In this document: positions 1 through 10,459 of the stretch, piece after piece
Layout: each line of letters begins with the position of its first letter
Position numbering within the stretch: the stretch's first letter is position 1
Assembly (NCBI GenBank): GCA_022071945.1
Contig: JAJVIN010000025.1
Span: 5,500 to 69,499, forward strand
Direction of reading: 5' to 3'
Length of the DNA stretch: 64,000 nt
From: Thermoanaerobaculia bacterium
GTDB taxonomy: Bacteria; Acidobacteriota; Thermoanaerobaculia; UBA5066
Made by a program: the position numbers and the translations under genes
The notes under the pieces: model-generated
Told to the model about the DNA's origin: nothing
Database searches by the model: none
Seen by the model: the letters and a program-made list of their open reading frames with translations, nothing else

Positions 1-773
1 CGGACGGAAAGACGGTGCTCTTCTCGTCGAACCGGACGGGTAACTGGGAAATCTGGTCTCTCTCCGAGAACGGCGCCCTGACGAACCTGACGGATCACCC
101 GTCGGACGACTGGGACCCCGCCTTCTCGAACGATGGAACGCGGATCCTGTGGAGTTCAAACCGTCTGGGCTGGTTCGAGATCTGGAGCGCGAACGCCGAC
201 GGCACGGATGCCCGGCAGATCACGCACAACGGCGTCGATGCCGAGAACCCCACGGCCAGCCCGGACGCTTCCTGGATCGTCTACAACTCGACGAATCCGA
301 AGCAGCCCGGGGTCTTCAAGATCCGTCCGAATGGCACTCAAGAGGAGCTCCTGGTCGCGGGCCGGACGCTGATGCCCGAGATGTCGCCCGACGGGAGCCA
401 CGTGCTCTTCGTCGCCAGCGCCGGGCTGAGCATCCCGGTCGTGCGCGTTTGCCGCCTCCACGACGGACAGGTCCTCCCGTTCGAGATCGAGGTCCGATCC
501 GCGGCCCCGGCTGTCGCGGGCACGGGACGCGCTCGATGGATGCCCGATGGGAAGGGGATTGCCTTCGTGGGCGGCGGCCCGTCGGGAATGGTCGTTCACG
601 TGGTGCCGTTCACTCCCGATGCCCCGGCTGTTGGGCCGCGGCCTCTCGTCAATCCCCCGCCGGACGTCGACGCTTCCAGCTTCGGCATCTCCCCGGATGG
701 CACGCACGTCGTGATCGAGGGCCAGGAGGTGAACGCCAGCCTGGTCTTGGTGGAGGGCCTTCCGTCTCGCTGA
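1..773 (+). CDS. TolB-like/PD40 beta-propeller protein, 5' end outside the window
   Basis: Repeated PxxSPDG-type and SSNRxGxxEIW motifs; the frame is open to the left edge (DGKTVLFSS). Confidence 0.8.
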   Translation, partial: DGKTVLFSSNRTGNWEIWSLSENGALTNLTDHPSDDWDPAFSNDGTRILWSSNRLGWFEIWSANADGTDARQITHNGVDAENPTASPDASWIVYNSTNPKQPGVFKIRPNGTQEELLVAGRTLMPEMSPDGSHVLFVASAGLSIPVVRVCRLHDGQVLPFEIEVRSAAPAVAGTGRARWMPDGKGIAFVGGGPSGMVVHVVPFTPDAPAVGPRPLVNPPPDVDASSFGISPDGTHVVIEGQEVNASLVLVEGLPSR

Positions 774-921
774 CGTTCCCATTTCCTGGATCCGGTCGAG
801 CTATCCCGGTTCCCGGACTCTCCCGCCGGCTGCCGCCAGACCTTCCACCCGCCGGATCCATCGGTCAGCGCCCGTTTCTTTCCGCACGCTGCTCCTGACG
901 TAATCTCTGGTCACGGATTCC

Positions 922-3900
922 ATGCGCGGGACCATTGACCTCCGAGCTCCCTTCGGGCACCTTGGCGGAGCCACCCTGTCCAGGGTCCGGCGGCCTGTTC
1001 CTTCTCGCTTCTGCCTCGCCGCCGTCCTCCTCGTCCTGGCGGCACAACCGGGCCTCTCTCTCGATCCGAAGCGTCCCCTGCAGACCTATCAGCTCGATGT
1101 CTGGTCGGAGGGGCTCCCGCAGAACAGCGTGATTGCCCTCACCCAGACGCGTGACGGCTATCTGTGGCTCGGCACTTACGAGGGCCTCGTTCGCTTCGAC
1201 GGCATCGGCTTCACGGCCTTCACCGAGAAGAACACGCCCGGCCTCCGCAACCGCCGGACGCGGATCCTCCTGGAGGACCGCGCCGGCACGCTCTGGATCG
1301 GCACGCAGGGAGGAGGCCTCTCCTTCTACCGCGACGGCTCCTTCGGGACCCTCGGCAAGGCCGAGGGACTCGCGAGCGACACGATCGAATCGCTAATCGA
1401 GTCGCCGGAGGGCTCGCTCTGGATCGGCACGAGAAATGGCCTGAGCCGGCTCGTGAACGGGCGCTTCAGAACCTACGGCCGGTCCGACGGGCTCCTGAAC
1501 GAATCGGTCCGGGCGCTGGCGTCGTCTCCTTCGGGAACCGTCTGGGCCGGGACGGATGCCGGCCTGTTCCGCCTCGACGGCGACCGTTTCGTTCCCGTGG
1601 CACTTCCGGGCCGGATCGCGGACCCCGTCGTCTACTCGCTGGTGTTCACCAACGAAGGTGTTCTGTGGGCCGGCACCGAAAAGCAGGGCCTCTATCGCGT
1701 GACCAGGGAGACGATCGATCACTTCGGCGTCGAGAACGGCCTCCCCGCGGAGTGGGTCAGCTCCATCCTGGAGGATTCCCGGGGAACCATCTGGATCGCG
1801 ACGTCACCCGGGGGTCTCGCCCGTCTTCGAGGGGGCCGTTTCGAGGTCCTGGACCGGAGGCGGGGGCTGCCGAACAACTCCGTCCGATCCCTGGCCGAGG
1901 ACCGCGAAGGGAGTCTCTGGATCGGGACGAACGGCGGGCTCGCCCGGCTGCGCGATCTGAAGTTCGTCAACTACTCGGTCCGGCAGGGGCTTTCGGAGAA
2001 CAATGTCCGGGTCGTGACGCAGGCTCCCGATGGAGGAATCTGGGTCGGAACGGGAGCCGCGGGCCTGAACTTGATCCGAGATGACGCCGTCGTGGCACCC
2101 GGTGCCTGGGAGTCTCTTTCGAACCTCCCCGTGCGTGCCCTGGCGATCGGCCCCGATTCCTCCCTCTGGGTCGGGACGGGGGACGGTCTGCGCCACATCC
2201 AGGGGGACCGCGTCACCTCGGCCGGCGACTCCGACGGCCTGGCGCGGATGAAGGTGGACAGCCTTCACGTCAGCCGCGACGGCTCCGTCTTCGCCGGGAG
2301 CGAGACCGGCCTCTTTCGAGGGCGGGACGGCCACTTTTCGAAGTTCGAGTTCACGGGGACCGGGACCATCCCGAACGTGCGTGTCTTCCTGGAAGACCAT
2401 TCGGGTTCACTCTGGCTCGGCACGCAGGACAGCGGCCTTTACGAGACCCGCGACGGAACGGTGACGAGGCACCTCACCACGAGGGAAGGTCTCCCCGCAA
2501 ACGCTGTTTTCGCCCTTCACGAGGATCCTGGAGGGGATCTCCTGATCGGAACTCACGGCGGCCTCTGCCGCCTTCACGACGGGAAGCTCGCGACGGTGAC
2601 GAGGGCCTCGGGGCTCCCGGACGAGACGGTCTTCTCGATCCTCGACGACCTTCGGGGCCACCTGTGGCTCACCTCCAACAGCGGAGTCACTCGCGTCTCG
2701 CGGGCCTCGCTCTCGGCGGTGTTCGAAGGGCGGTCCTCACACCTCGAGGCCCGTCTCTTCGGCAAGGCGGATGGACTCGGAAACAACCAGTGCAACGGCG
2801 CGACCCAGCCCTCGGGCACGCGGCTCGCCGACGGGCGGCTCGCCATCCCGACCGTCGGGGGATTGACCCTGATCGATCCGGCAGACCTGCACATGAATCG
2901 CGTCCCGCCGGCGATCGTCCTCCGGCAGGTTCTCGTGGACGGGCGCCCGCTTCCTCGTCTGAGCGGAGCAGAGCTCAACTGGAGGAGCCAGAGGTTCGAG
3001 TTCCGTTACGATGGGTTGAGCCTTCTCTTCCCCGAGCTGGTCACGTTCCGGCACCGGATCGATGGCCTCGACGAGGACTGGATCGACGGCGGGACGCGGC
3101 GCGCGGCCTTCTACAACTCCCTGCCTCCCGGACGTCACGTCTTTCGGGTCCAGGCCTGCAACAACGATGGGGTCTGGAGCCTCGGCGAGGCGACCTTCAC
3201 CTTCGACCTGGCCGCGCCTCCGTGGAGAAGATCCTGGGCCTGGCTCCTCTATGCCGCGGCCCTCGCGGGAACGCTGGGCGGGATCGTGAGGCTGCGCGAG
3301 ACCGTGCACCGCAAGAGGACACGGGCTCTGGAGGAGAGAGTTCGTCAGAGGACCGCGGAGCTGGCCGACGCCCTGGCGGCCAAGGAAGCCTCCGAGGCGA
3401 GCGCGCTGGAAGCCAGCCAGGCCAAGAGCATCTTCCTCGCGAACATGAGCCACGAGCTTCGGACCCCGCTCAACGCCGTGCTCGGCTTCGCCCAGCTCCT
3501 CGAGCGCGACCCCGCCATCACGGGAGAGAGCCGCGAGGGGCTCGCGATCATCCGCCGCTCCGGCGAGCACCTCCTCGGCCTCATCAACGACGTCCTTTCG
3601 ATCTCCAAGATCGAGGCCGGCAAGCTCTCGCTGATCTCGCGCCCGTTCGATCTCGCCGAGCTCCTCGCCGCCGTGAAGGAAATGATCCAGGCACGCGCCG
3701 AGAGCAAAGGGTTGGGCCTTCACTTCGACGTCTGTTCGCCTCTGCCGCCCGGGGTGATGGGCGACGACGGGAAGCTCCGGCAAGTCCTGATCAACCTCCT
3801 CGGGAACGCGGTGAAGTTCACGGTGGCGGGCCATGTCAGCCTCTCGGCCCGATGGGAAAAGGGTCGGGCCTTCTTCGAGGTGCGCGACACGGGTCCCGGA

Positions 3901-4959
3901 ATCAGCCCGGAGGAGAGGGCGCATCTCTTCGAGGCCTTCACGCAGACGAAAACCGGACGCGAATCCACGGAGGGGACCGGCCTCGGCCTCGCCATCAGCC
4001 GGCAGATCGTCCGATTGATGGGAGGCGACATCACGGTGGAAAGCGAGACCGGGAAGGGGACCGTCTTTCGCTTCGAGGTGGATCTCCCGCAAGCAGCGCG
4101 TCCCGAGACCACCAGCGAAGGTCACGTCATGCAGCTGATCCCTTCCGAGCGGGTCCCTCTGGTCCTCGTCGCGGACGACACCGAGGAGAACCGGATCCTC
4201 CTGACCCGCCTCCTACGCGCGACGGGCTTCTCCGTGGCGGAAGCCGCGGATGGGGAAAAGGCCGTCGAAGTGTGGCGGCGCCTTCGGCCCGACGCGATCT
4301 TCATGGACTCGCGAATGCCCGTGATGAGCGGTCTGGAGGCTGCCCGGCGCATCCGGGCGCTCGAGGCGTCTCCAGAGGCCCCGGTGGCCCGCCGGACCGT
4401 GATCCTCGCCCTGACCGCGAGCGCGTTTGCACACGAACGGCAGGAGATCCTCGAGAGCGGCGCCGATGACTTCCTGACGAAGCCCTTCCGCGTGGAGACG
4501 ATTCTCGAGGCCCTCGGCCGCCACCTCGGGGTCCAGTACCGCCTCGTGTCGCAGCCGAGAATCCCTCGCACGGGTGAGATTCCGGGGCGGACGAAATCCG
4601 ATCCCGGAACGGTCCTCGACGAGAGGGACGGCTTGAGGCGTGCCGGCGGGAACGCCGCTCTGTACGGACGCCTCCTGGCAAAGTTCATCGACGACAACGC
4701 GGACCTTCCCTCCCGGGTCGCGGCCCTCCTCGAAAAGGGCTCGATGAAGGAGGCCCGAGATCTCCTTCACACGGTCAAAGGTACGGCGGCGACGCTCGGA
4801 GCCGTGCGTCTGGCGCGGACCGCGGCCTCTCTGGAATCCCGGCTGAAAGAAGGGGCGGCAGGCCCGCTTCCCCTATCCGAGCTCTCGGCCGCCGAACTCT
4901 CGGCCGCCGAACTCTCGGCCGCCATCGAGGAGCTCTCGACGATCCGTCCCGCCCGATGA
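922..4959 (+). CDS. Hybrid sensor histidine kinase (periplasmic beta-propellers, Y_Y_Y, TM, HisKA, HATPase, REC, HPt)
   Basis: Many GLPxNxV..EDxxGxLWIGT propeller repeats; FLANMSHELRTPLN H-box; NLLGNAVKFT, DTGPGI and GTGLGLAI boxes; REC (VADD, FMDSRMP, KPF); HPt LHTVKGTAA. The true start may lie slightly downstream. Confidence 0.93.
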   Translation: MRGTIDLRAPFGHLGGATLSRVRRPVPSRFCLAAVLLVLAAQPGLSLDPKRPLQTYQLDVWSEGLPQNSVIALTQTRDGYLWLGTYEGLVRFDGIGFTAFTEKNTPGLRNRRTRILLEDRAGTLWIGTQGGGLSFYRDGSFGTLGKAEGLASDTIESLIESPEGSLWIGTRNGLSRLVNGRFRTYGRSDGLLNESVRALASSPSGTVWAGTDAGLFRLDGDRFVPVALPGRIADPVVYSLVFTNEGVLWAGTEKQGLYRVTRETIDHFGVENGLPAEWVSSILEDSRGTIWIATSPGGLARLRGGRFEVLDRRRGLPNNSVRSLAEDREGSLWIGTNGGLARLRDLKFVNYSVRQGLSENNVRVVTQAPDGGIWVGTGAAGLNLIRDDAVVAPGAWESLSNLPVRALAIGPDSSLWVGTGDGLRHIQGDRVTSAGDSDGLARMKVDSLHVSRDGSVFAGSETGLFRGRDGHFSKFEFTGTGTIPNVRVFLEDHSGSLWLGTQDSGLYETRDGTVTRHLTTREGLPANAVFALHEDPGGDLLIGTHGGLCRLHDGKLATVTRASGLPDETVFSILDDLRGHLWLTSNSGVTRVSRASLSAVFEGRSSHLEARLFGKADGLGNNQCNGATQPSGTRLADGRLAIPTVGGLTLIDPADLHMNRVPPAIVLRQVLVDGRPLPRLSGAELNWRSQRFEFRYDGLSLLFPELVTFRHRIDGLDEDWIDGGTRRAAFYNSLPPGRHVFRVQACNNDGVWSLGEATFTFDLAAPPWRRSWAWLLYAAALAGTLGGIVRLRETVHRKRTRALEERVRQRTAELADALAAKEASEASALEASQAKSIFLANMSHELRTPLNAVLGFAQLLERDPAITGESREGLAIIRRSGEHLLGLINDVLSISKIEAGKLSLISRPFDLAELLAAVKEMIQARAESKGLGLHFDVCSPLPPGVMGDDGKLRQVLINLLGNAVKFTVAGHVSLSARWEKGRAFFEVRDTGPGISPEERAHLFEAFTQTKTGRESTEGTGLGLAISRQIVRLMGGDITVESETGKGTVFRFEVDLPQAARPETTSEGHVMQLIPSERVPLVLVADDTEENRILLTRLLRATGFSVAEAADGEKAVEVWRRLRPDAIFMDSRMPVMSGLEAARRIRALEASPEAPVARRTVILALTASAFAHERQEILESGADDFLTKPFRVETILEALGRHLGVQYRLVSQPRIPRTGEIPGRTKSDPGTVLDERDGLRRAGGNAALYGRLLAKFIDDNADLPSRVAALLEKGSMKEARDLLHTVKGTAATLGAVRLARTAASLESRLKEGAAGPLPLSELSAAELSAAELSAAIEELSTIRPAR
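4879..4923 (+). repeat. 15-bp tandem repeat x3 encoding ELSAA at the kinase C-terminus
   Basis: gagctctcggccgcc gaactctcggccgcc gaactctcggccgcc. Confidence 0.9.
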
Positions 4960-5109
4960 CCCTGGACGCGACGCCCTGTCCCCCGCTTGCAGGTGCTCGC
5001 TGAGCCAAGCAGGTCGCCCGGGGCCTGGCGAAGATCGACAACTTCGTCACGATGACTCCGGGCACGCCTCTTTACCGGGATGCGGCGCCGCCCCACGCCG
5101 GAGAACTCC

Positions 5110-5709
5110 TCACTTCACGAGCAAGGGCTTCTGCGGCACGATCGACCCCTCGAACTCGATTCTCGGGTCGCTCACCTTGACGAGCTCGTGCAGCTCGTAG
5201 ACGTTGTGGTAGCCGTATCCATACAGATTGACGTACGTCGGGATGTTCAACGCCATCATGAGCGGCTTCGTCTGGGCGGCGAATTGCTTCGCGATGGCAT
5301 CCCCCCGCCGGGGCCGGGGCATGGCCACTTTCGAGGCGAAGTCCGTCTCGTTGCCGTCGAAGTTGTTGTTGCAGTAGATGAGAATCTTCGTCTCGAACGC
5401 CGGGATGACTTTCGCGAGATTGTCTTGCGTGAAGTCAGTGAAGGCGAGGTGTCTCGCTCCCTTGACGTGAATGCGCTCGAACCGGAAGTCCGACCGGCTA
5501 TCGAGGATGATGACTCCTGGCTCCTTGCTCATCCTCAAGAATGTGTCGAGGTTGATGAGCCGGCTGGCGCGGTGAGCCTCCACCTTCGCGACGATTTCCT
5601 TGAAATCCTCGAAGCTCACTTTCGCCTTTGGGTACTTCAGCCCCTGCGAAAGCCCCAAGCAGGCTGGCAGGACGAGGATCGAGACAGCGAGACGTGCCGG
5701 TTTCATCAT
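5110..5709 (-). CDS. Secreted rhodanese-like domain protein
   Basis: Signal peptide; IILDSRS..F...HVKGA..L; ILIYCNNN active-site loop. Confidence 0.8.
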   Translation of the reverse strand: MMKPARLAVSILVLPACLGLSQGLKYPKAKVSFEDFKEIVAKVEAHRASRLINLDTFLRMSKEPGVIILDSRSDFRFERIHVKGARHLAFTDFTQDNLAKVIPAFETKILIYCNNNFDGNETDFASKVAMPRPRRGDAIAKQFAAQTKPLMMALNIPTYVNLYGYGYHNVYELHELVKVSDPRIEFEGSIVPQKPLLVK

Positions 5710-6146
5710 GGGCCCTCACGGTTAACACAGTCCAGGTTGATTGTCGAGAGTCTCACGATTCCCAGCGGAACCTCCGCTGAGAAAGCGAGAAGCCTTCCTC
5801 TCCGGGACCTCTGTTGCGGCAGCCGTGCTGCCGGCAGGCCGCGCTTCGTTGGCGCCGTTGCCCGGCGTGAGGCTCGCACGGCGACAACCAGGTGGGTGAG
5901 GAACTGCCCCACAGGTCCGACAGATACCGGCGCCCCGTCGTCAGGCTCGTCAGATGGGTACTGATCTGACCCGAGAGGGTCAATTGCTGAAAGTCCGACC
6001 CAGATGGCGGCCCGCATTCACCCGAAAAACAGGAAACGAGGCTCTTTCCGCCTCGGCTACCCCGGAATTCGCGGGCACCCATCTTGCTCTTCGTCATTGT
6101 CGCGCGGGTCCAGATCCGGGAAGCCCGCAGCGCGCGCGGAGGCTTG

Positions 6147-9100
6147 ATGCGCAAGATCGCCCTCACTTTCCTGATCGTTCTCCTGGCGGCGGCCCCTCTT
6201 CTCGCCGAGGAGCACGACGACTGCGACGCCAAGTTCATCAACTTCGTCGGCGCGAACGCCTACCAGTTCTCTCCCGAGCATGAGGGAGACCTGGGCGCGA
6301 TCCGGCTCTTCTCGATCCTCTCTTACCAGAGAGCCGCGCACGCGCGCCGCTTCGGCTGGGCTCTGTGGAAGCTCGAGATCGTGGACGCCCGGGACGGGAA
6401 ACCCGTCCTGACGACGGGTGGACGCGGCCGCATCGATGCCCAGGGGGCGACGATGGCGGAGTTCTACTGGGACGGGCGGGACAACAGCGGCCAGCTCGTG
6501 CCGGCCGGCACCTATCGCTACACGTTCCGAGCCCGGTACCGTTCTGATGTGAAGCCACGGGTTCCTCTCCTCGACTACGACCGAGCCACGGACGTGGAGC
6601 CGGCCGACGAGGCCATCGCCTCGACGGACGAACTCGTCGTGAACTACAGCTTGACCCCGGATCAGGCTCGCAACCTGAGGGTCAGCATCAACGCCACGAC
6701 TTGCCAGGTCCAGCAGAACTCTCCCCTCGAGTTGGGATTCGCCTACAGCTTCTTCTACGGCTCGACCCACGCGCACTCCAACTGGTCCGACGGCGGCCAG
6801 CCGACGGGCAGCTGCTCGAGCGGAAACGCGTACGGAAGCGGAACATTCTCCCCGACCGACGTCTTCGCCTTCGCGCGGGATCAGGCCGGTCTCGACTTCT
6901 GGGTCGTCAACGATCACAACCATCTGATCCAGGACGCCATCGCGACGAACGATCCCCCCGTCACCGAGGCGAAGGTGCGTCAGCGGTATCAGGACGGGCT
7001 CAGCGCCTCCAACGCCGTCACCACCTCCTCCTTCGTCGGGATCTACGGCATGGAGTGGGGTGTGACGTCCAACGCCGACCAGGGCCACGTGACCCTTCTG
7101 GAGACGCCCGTCCTCCTCGGGTGGGAGACCTGCACGACCTGCAACGGACCATCGATCGAGTGCACACCGGGCACCAACTGCTATTTCGACGTCTTCACCC
7201 CGAAGCGGTACAACTACCTGACCCTCTATCAGCGAAGCGTCGAGAACCCCTCCCCGGCCGGGGCCCTGGGCATCCTCAACCACCCGTCGTCGGGCGAGTT
7301 CGACAACCTCGCCTTCAACGCCGACGCGGACAACGCCATCCAGGGAATCGCCGTGAGGAGCGGCCTGGCCTTCTCGACCGCGACCGACTGCGGAATCGGG
7401 AACGTCGGCGCGACCGACTACTCCGGCCAGTTCCGGCAGGCGCTCAATCGCGGCTTCCACGTGGCGCCGACCGCGGACCACGACTCGCACTGCAACAACT
7501 ACGGAGTGGCGCTTCCGACCCGTACGGTCTACCTCGCTCCGTCGCTCTCCAAGGCAAACCTGCTCGCCGCGCACCGGGCACGGCGGTTCTTCGCCACCGA
7601 GGACCCCAACCTGCAGCTCGTCTTCCGGACCGGCGACAGCGCGCACGTCATGGGCGAGATCTTCAACGTGGGGTCCTCGGTCAACCTCGTGGCCAACGTC
7701 TACGATCCCGACGGCGAAGCCACATCCACGATCGAACTCTGGCGCGGCCAGGCCGGGACAGGCGCCCCGTCGACTCCGTACCAGACCTGGTCGAGCACAT
7801 CCTCCGCCTCTTTCAACGAGGCTCCCGGCACGGGCACCTACTGGTACTACGTCCGGGTCGTGCAGGCCGACGGCCACGACGCCTGGTCCGCCCCGATGTG
7901 GATCACCTTCGGCGGAGGCGGTGGCGGCGGCGACACCCAGGCCCCCACAGCCTCGATCACCGCACCCGCCAGTGGAGCGACGGTCTCCGGAACGGCGTTC
8001 GTCACCGCAACGGCGTCCGACGACACCGGCGTAACGCGGGTCGAGTTCCGCCTCGACGGCACCCTGCAGTCCACCGACACGACAGCACCCTACGAGTGGA
8101 GCTGGAACACCACGACCGCCAGTGAAGGCAGCCACACTCTCGTGGCGACGGCCTTCGACGCCGCTGGGAACTCGGGCGCTTCGGCCGGCCTGCCGGTCAC
8201 CGTCTCCAACGGCGGCGTGCCCGGAACCGGCTCCGACGTCTCCGGCTGGAAGGTCGTCCAGGCCAACTCGGCCTACGAGTACGTGATCCCCGCCGGCACC
8301 ACCATCCCGGCCGAGGGATATCTCGTCATCGCCCGCAACGCGACAAAGGCCGCCTTCGAGACCTTCTGGGGCCGTACCCTCGGCTCGAACACCGTCTTTC
8401 TCAACGCCGCCGACACGATGCCCGTCATCAACGGCAGCGAGACCTACAGCCTCTACAACGCCGCCAGCGTGCTCGTCGAGGGCCCGACGATCGCCATGGC
8501 CTCGGGCGCGGCCCAGAGCATCCGGCGCGCCGACCCGTGCGGAGCTGCCTCCGTCGCGGCCAGCTGGACCGTTGGAGCGACCTCGCTGGCCGACCCGGGC
8601 GCCGGCGCGGCCGCCGGATGCGGCGGCGGCGTGAAGATCAACGAGTTCGCCGACGCCACCGGGACCGGGAACTACATCTACGAGTTCGTGGAACTCCACA
8701 ACGACTCCGGAACGCCCGCCGACACGCAGGCACCCTCCACGTCCTTGACCGCGCCCGCCAGCGGAGCCACGGTTTCCGGAAGCATCCTCGTGACGGCGAC
8801 CGCGTCTGACAACACGGCCGTCTCGCGGGTCGAGTTCTTCCTCGACGGCACCCTGGCTTCCACCGATACCACCGCGCCCTACGAGTGGACGTGGGACACG
8901 CTCACCGCCACGAACGCCTCCCACTCCCTTCAGTCGAAGGCCTACGACGCCGCGGACAACGTGGGCAGCTCCACGATCGTGAGCGTCACCGTCTCCAACG
9001 ACACCACCGCCCCGACAACGGCCATCACCGCTCCTGCCGCCGGGGCGACCGTCTCCGGCACGGTCAGCGTGACCGCTAGCGCCTCCGACAACGTCGGCGT

Positions 9101-10046
9101 CTCTCGCGTCGAGTTCTTCCTCGACGGCACCCTGCAGTCCACCGACACCACCTCTCCCTACAGCTGGAGCTGGACGACGACGGGTGTCGCCAACGGCGCT
9201 CACACCCTGCAGTCGAAGGCCTACGACACCGCCGGAAACGTCGGCTCCTCCACGACCGTCAGCGTCACCGTTTCCAACGACACCACCGCCCCGACGACGG
9301 CCATCACCGCCCCTTCCGCCGGGGCGACCGTCTCCGGCACCGTCAGCGTGACCGCCAGCGCCTCCGACAACGTCGGCGTCGCCCGCGTCGAGTTCTTCCT
9401 CGACGGCACCCTTCAGTCCACCGACACCACCTCCCCCTACAGCTGGAGCTGGACGACGACGGGTGTCGCCAACGGCGCCCACACCCTGCAGTCGAAGGCG
9501 TACGACGCCGCCGGAAACGCCGGCTCGTCGGCGAACGTCAGCGTGACGGTGAACAACGTCACGGGCACCTCGCTGACAGGGTGGAGGATCACGCAGGCCA
9601 ACGCGACGCTTTCCTACACCTTCGGCGCGGGAATCAGCATCCCCTCGAAGGGATTCGTCATCGTGGCTCGCAACGCGACCAAAGCCCAGTTCGAGGCCTA
9701 CTGGGGCGTGACCCTGGGCGCCAACGTCGTCTTCATCAACTCGGGCGACACGATGCCCCAGATCAACGGCTCCGAGACCTACACCCTCTACAACGCGTCG
9801 GGTACAAAGGCCGACGGGGCCACCGTCGCCATGGCCTCCGCCGCGGGTGAATCGCTCCAGCGCAAGAGCGGATGCTCCACCGCCAACAAGGCCGCGAGCT
9901 GGAACCGGCTCTCCTCCAGCTCGGGAACCCCCGGGACGAGTAGCTCGACCGATTGCGGGAAGGGGATCTTCATCAGCGAGTTCTCGGACGCCGCCGGGAC
10001 GGGCAACCACATCTACGAGTTCATCGAACTGCGCAAGGACAACTAG
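6147..10046 (+). CDS. Large secreted protein: FlgD-Ig-like, PHP-fold metallohydrolase (CehA/McbA-like), Ig-like (Big) repeats and two lamin-tail-like domains
   Basis: GGAGG before the ATG at 6147; signal peptide; WDGRDNSGQLVPAGTY; HAHSNWSDG, NDHNH, NHP and DHDSH metal motifs; DTxAPT...VEFxLDG repeats; INEFAD..YEFVEL and IPAxGYLVIARN motifs. Confidence 0.82.
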   Translation: MRKIALTFLIVLLAAAPLLAEEHDDCDAKFINFVGANAYQFSPEHEGDLGAIRLFSILSYQRAAHARRFGWALWKLEIVDARDGKPVLTTGGRGRIDAQGATMAEFYWDGRDNSGQLVPAGTYRYTFRARYRSDVKPRVPLLDYDRATDVEPADEAIASTDELVVNYSLTPDQARNLRVSINATTCQVQQNSPLELGFAYSFFYGSTHAHSNWSDGGQPTGSCSSGNAYGSGTFSPTDVFAFARDQAGLDFWVVNDHNHLIQDAIATNDPPVTEAKVRQRYQDGLSASNAVTTSSFVGIYGMEWGVTSNADQGHVTLLETPVLLGWETCTTCNGPSIECTPGTNCYFDVFTPKRYNYLTLYQRSVENPSPAGALGILNHPSSGEFDNLAFNADADNAIQGIAVRSGLAFSTATDCGIGNVGATDYSGQFRQALNRGFHVAPTADHDSHCNNYGVALPTRTVYLAPSLSKANLLAAHRARRFFATEDPNLQLVFRTGDSAHVMGEIFNVGSSVNLVANVYDPDGEATSTIELWRGQAGTGAPSTPYQTWSSTSSASFNEAPGTGTYWYYVRVVQADGHDAWSAPMWITFGGGGGGGDTQAPTASITAPASGATVSGTAFVTATASDDTGVTRVEFRLDGTLQSTDTTAPYEWSWNTTTASEGSHTLVATAFDAAGNSGASAGLPVTVSNGGVPGTGSDVSGWKVVQANSAYEYVIPAGTTIPAEGYLVIARNATKAAFETFWGRTLGSNTVFLNAADTMPVINGSETYSLYNAASVLVEGPTIAMASGAAQSIRRADPCGAASVAASWTVGATSLADPGAGAAAGCGGGVKINEFADATGTGNYIYEFVELHNDSGTPADTQAPSTSLTAPASGATVSGSILVTATASDNTAVSRVEFFLDGTLASTDTTAPYEWTWDTLTATNASHSLQSKAYDAADNVGSSTIVSVTVSNDTTAPTTAITAPAAGATVSGTVSVTASASDNVGVSRVEFFLDGTLQSTDTTSPYSWSWTTTGVANGAHTLQSKAYDTAGNVGSSTTVSVTVSNDTTAPTTAITAPSAGATVSGTVSVTASASDNVGVARVEFFLDGTLQSTDTTSPYSWSWTTTGVANGAHTLQSKAYDAAGNAGSSANVSVTVNNVTGTSLTGWRITQANATLSYTFGAGISIPSKGFVIVARNATKAQFEAYWGVTLGANVVFINSGDTMPQINGSETYTLYNASGTKADGATVAMASAAGESLQRKSGCSTANKAASWNRLSSSSGTPGTSSSTDCGKGIFISEFSDAAGTGNHIYEFIELRKDN
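9000..9557 (+). repeat. Two near-identical 279-bp tandem units (93-aa Ig-like domains)
   Basis: gacaccaccgccccgac recurs at 9000 and 9279 with near-identical downstream sequence; more diverged copies start near 7930 and 8720. Confidence 0.9.
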
Positions 10047-10101
10047 GGCTCCGAAACGTCTCTCTGGGGAGATGGCTCGAGGAGGGCGGATAATCCCGCC
10101 C

Positions 10102-10452
10102 GTGCCGCCAGCCTCTCCCCGTCTCGTCTTCTCGTCCGATTCCGGCCGGGTCTGCCCTGACTGCGGCCGGCCGAAAGACGTTTGTTCCTGCAAGGCCAAG
10201 ATAGAGGCTCAAGTCCCGGGTAAGATCACCGCGAAACTCAGGCTCGAGAAGAAGGGCCGCGGAGGGAAGACTGTCACGGTGATCGATGGCCTGCCCAACA
10301 ACGAAGCCTTTCTCGAGGACCTGGCCAAGGAGTTGAAAAAGGCTTGCGGTTCGGGCGGCGCCGTCAAGGACGGAACCGTCGAGATCCAGGGCGATCACCG
10401 CGAGAAGCTGAGAGCGCTTCTGTCCTCGAAGGGCTACACGGTCAAGGGGTAG
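10102..10452 (+). CDS. yciH: SUI1/YciH translation initiation factor family protein
   Basis: RLVFSSDSGRVCPDC..C.C; KKGRGGKTVTVIDGL; LKKACGSGGAVKDGTVEIQGDHR. Start codon uncertain (10072 or 10102). Confidence 0.92.
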   Translation: MPPASPRLVFSSDSGRVCPDCGRPKDVCSCKAKIEAQVPGKITAKLRLEKKGRGGKTVTVIDGLPNNEAFLEDLAKELKKACGSGGAVKDGTVEIQGDHREKLRALLSSKGYTVKG

Positions 10453-10459
10453 CCCCCTC

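Noticed and set aside
6057-10199. 1380-aa antisense ORF
   Set aside because: It mirrors the surface-protein gene. Stop-free antisense frames are expected with high GC3 codon bias, and the translation has no recognisable motifs.
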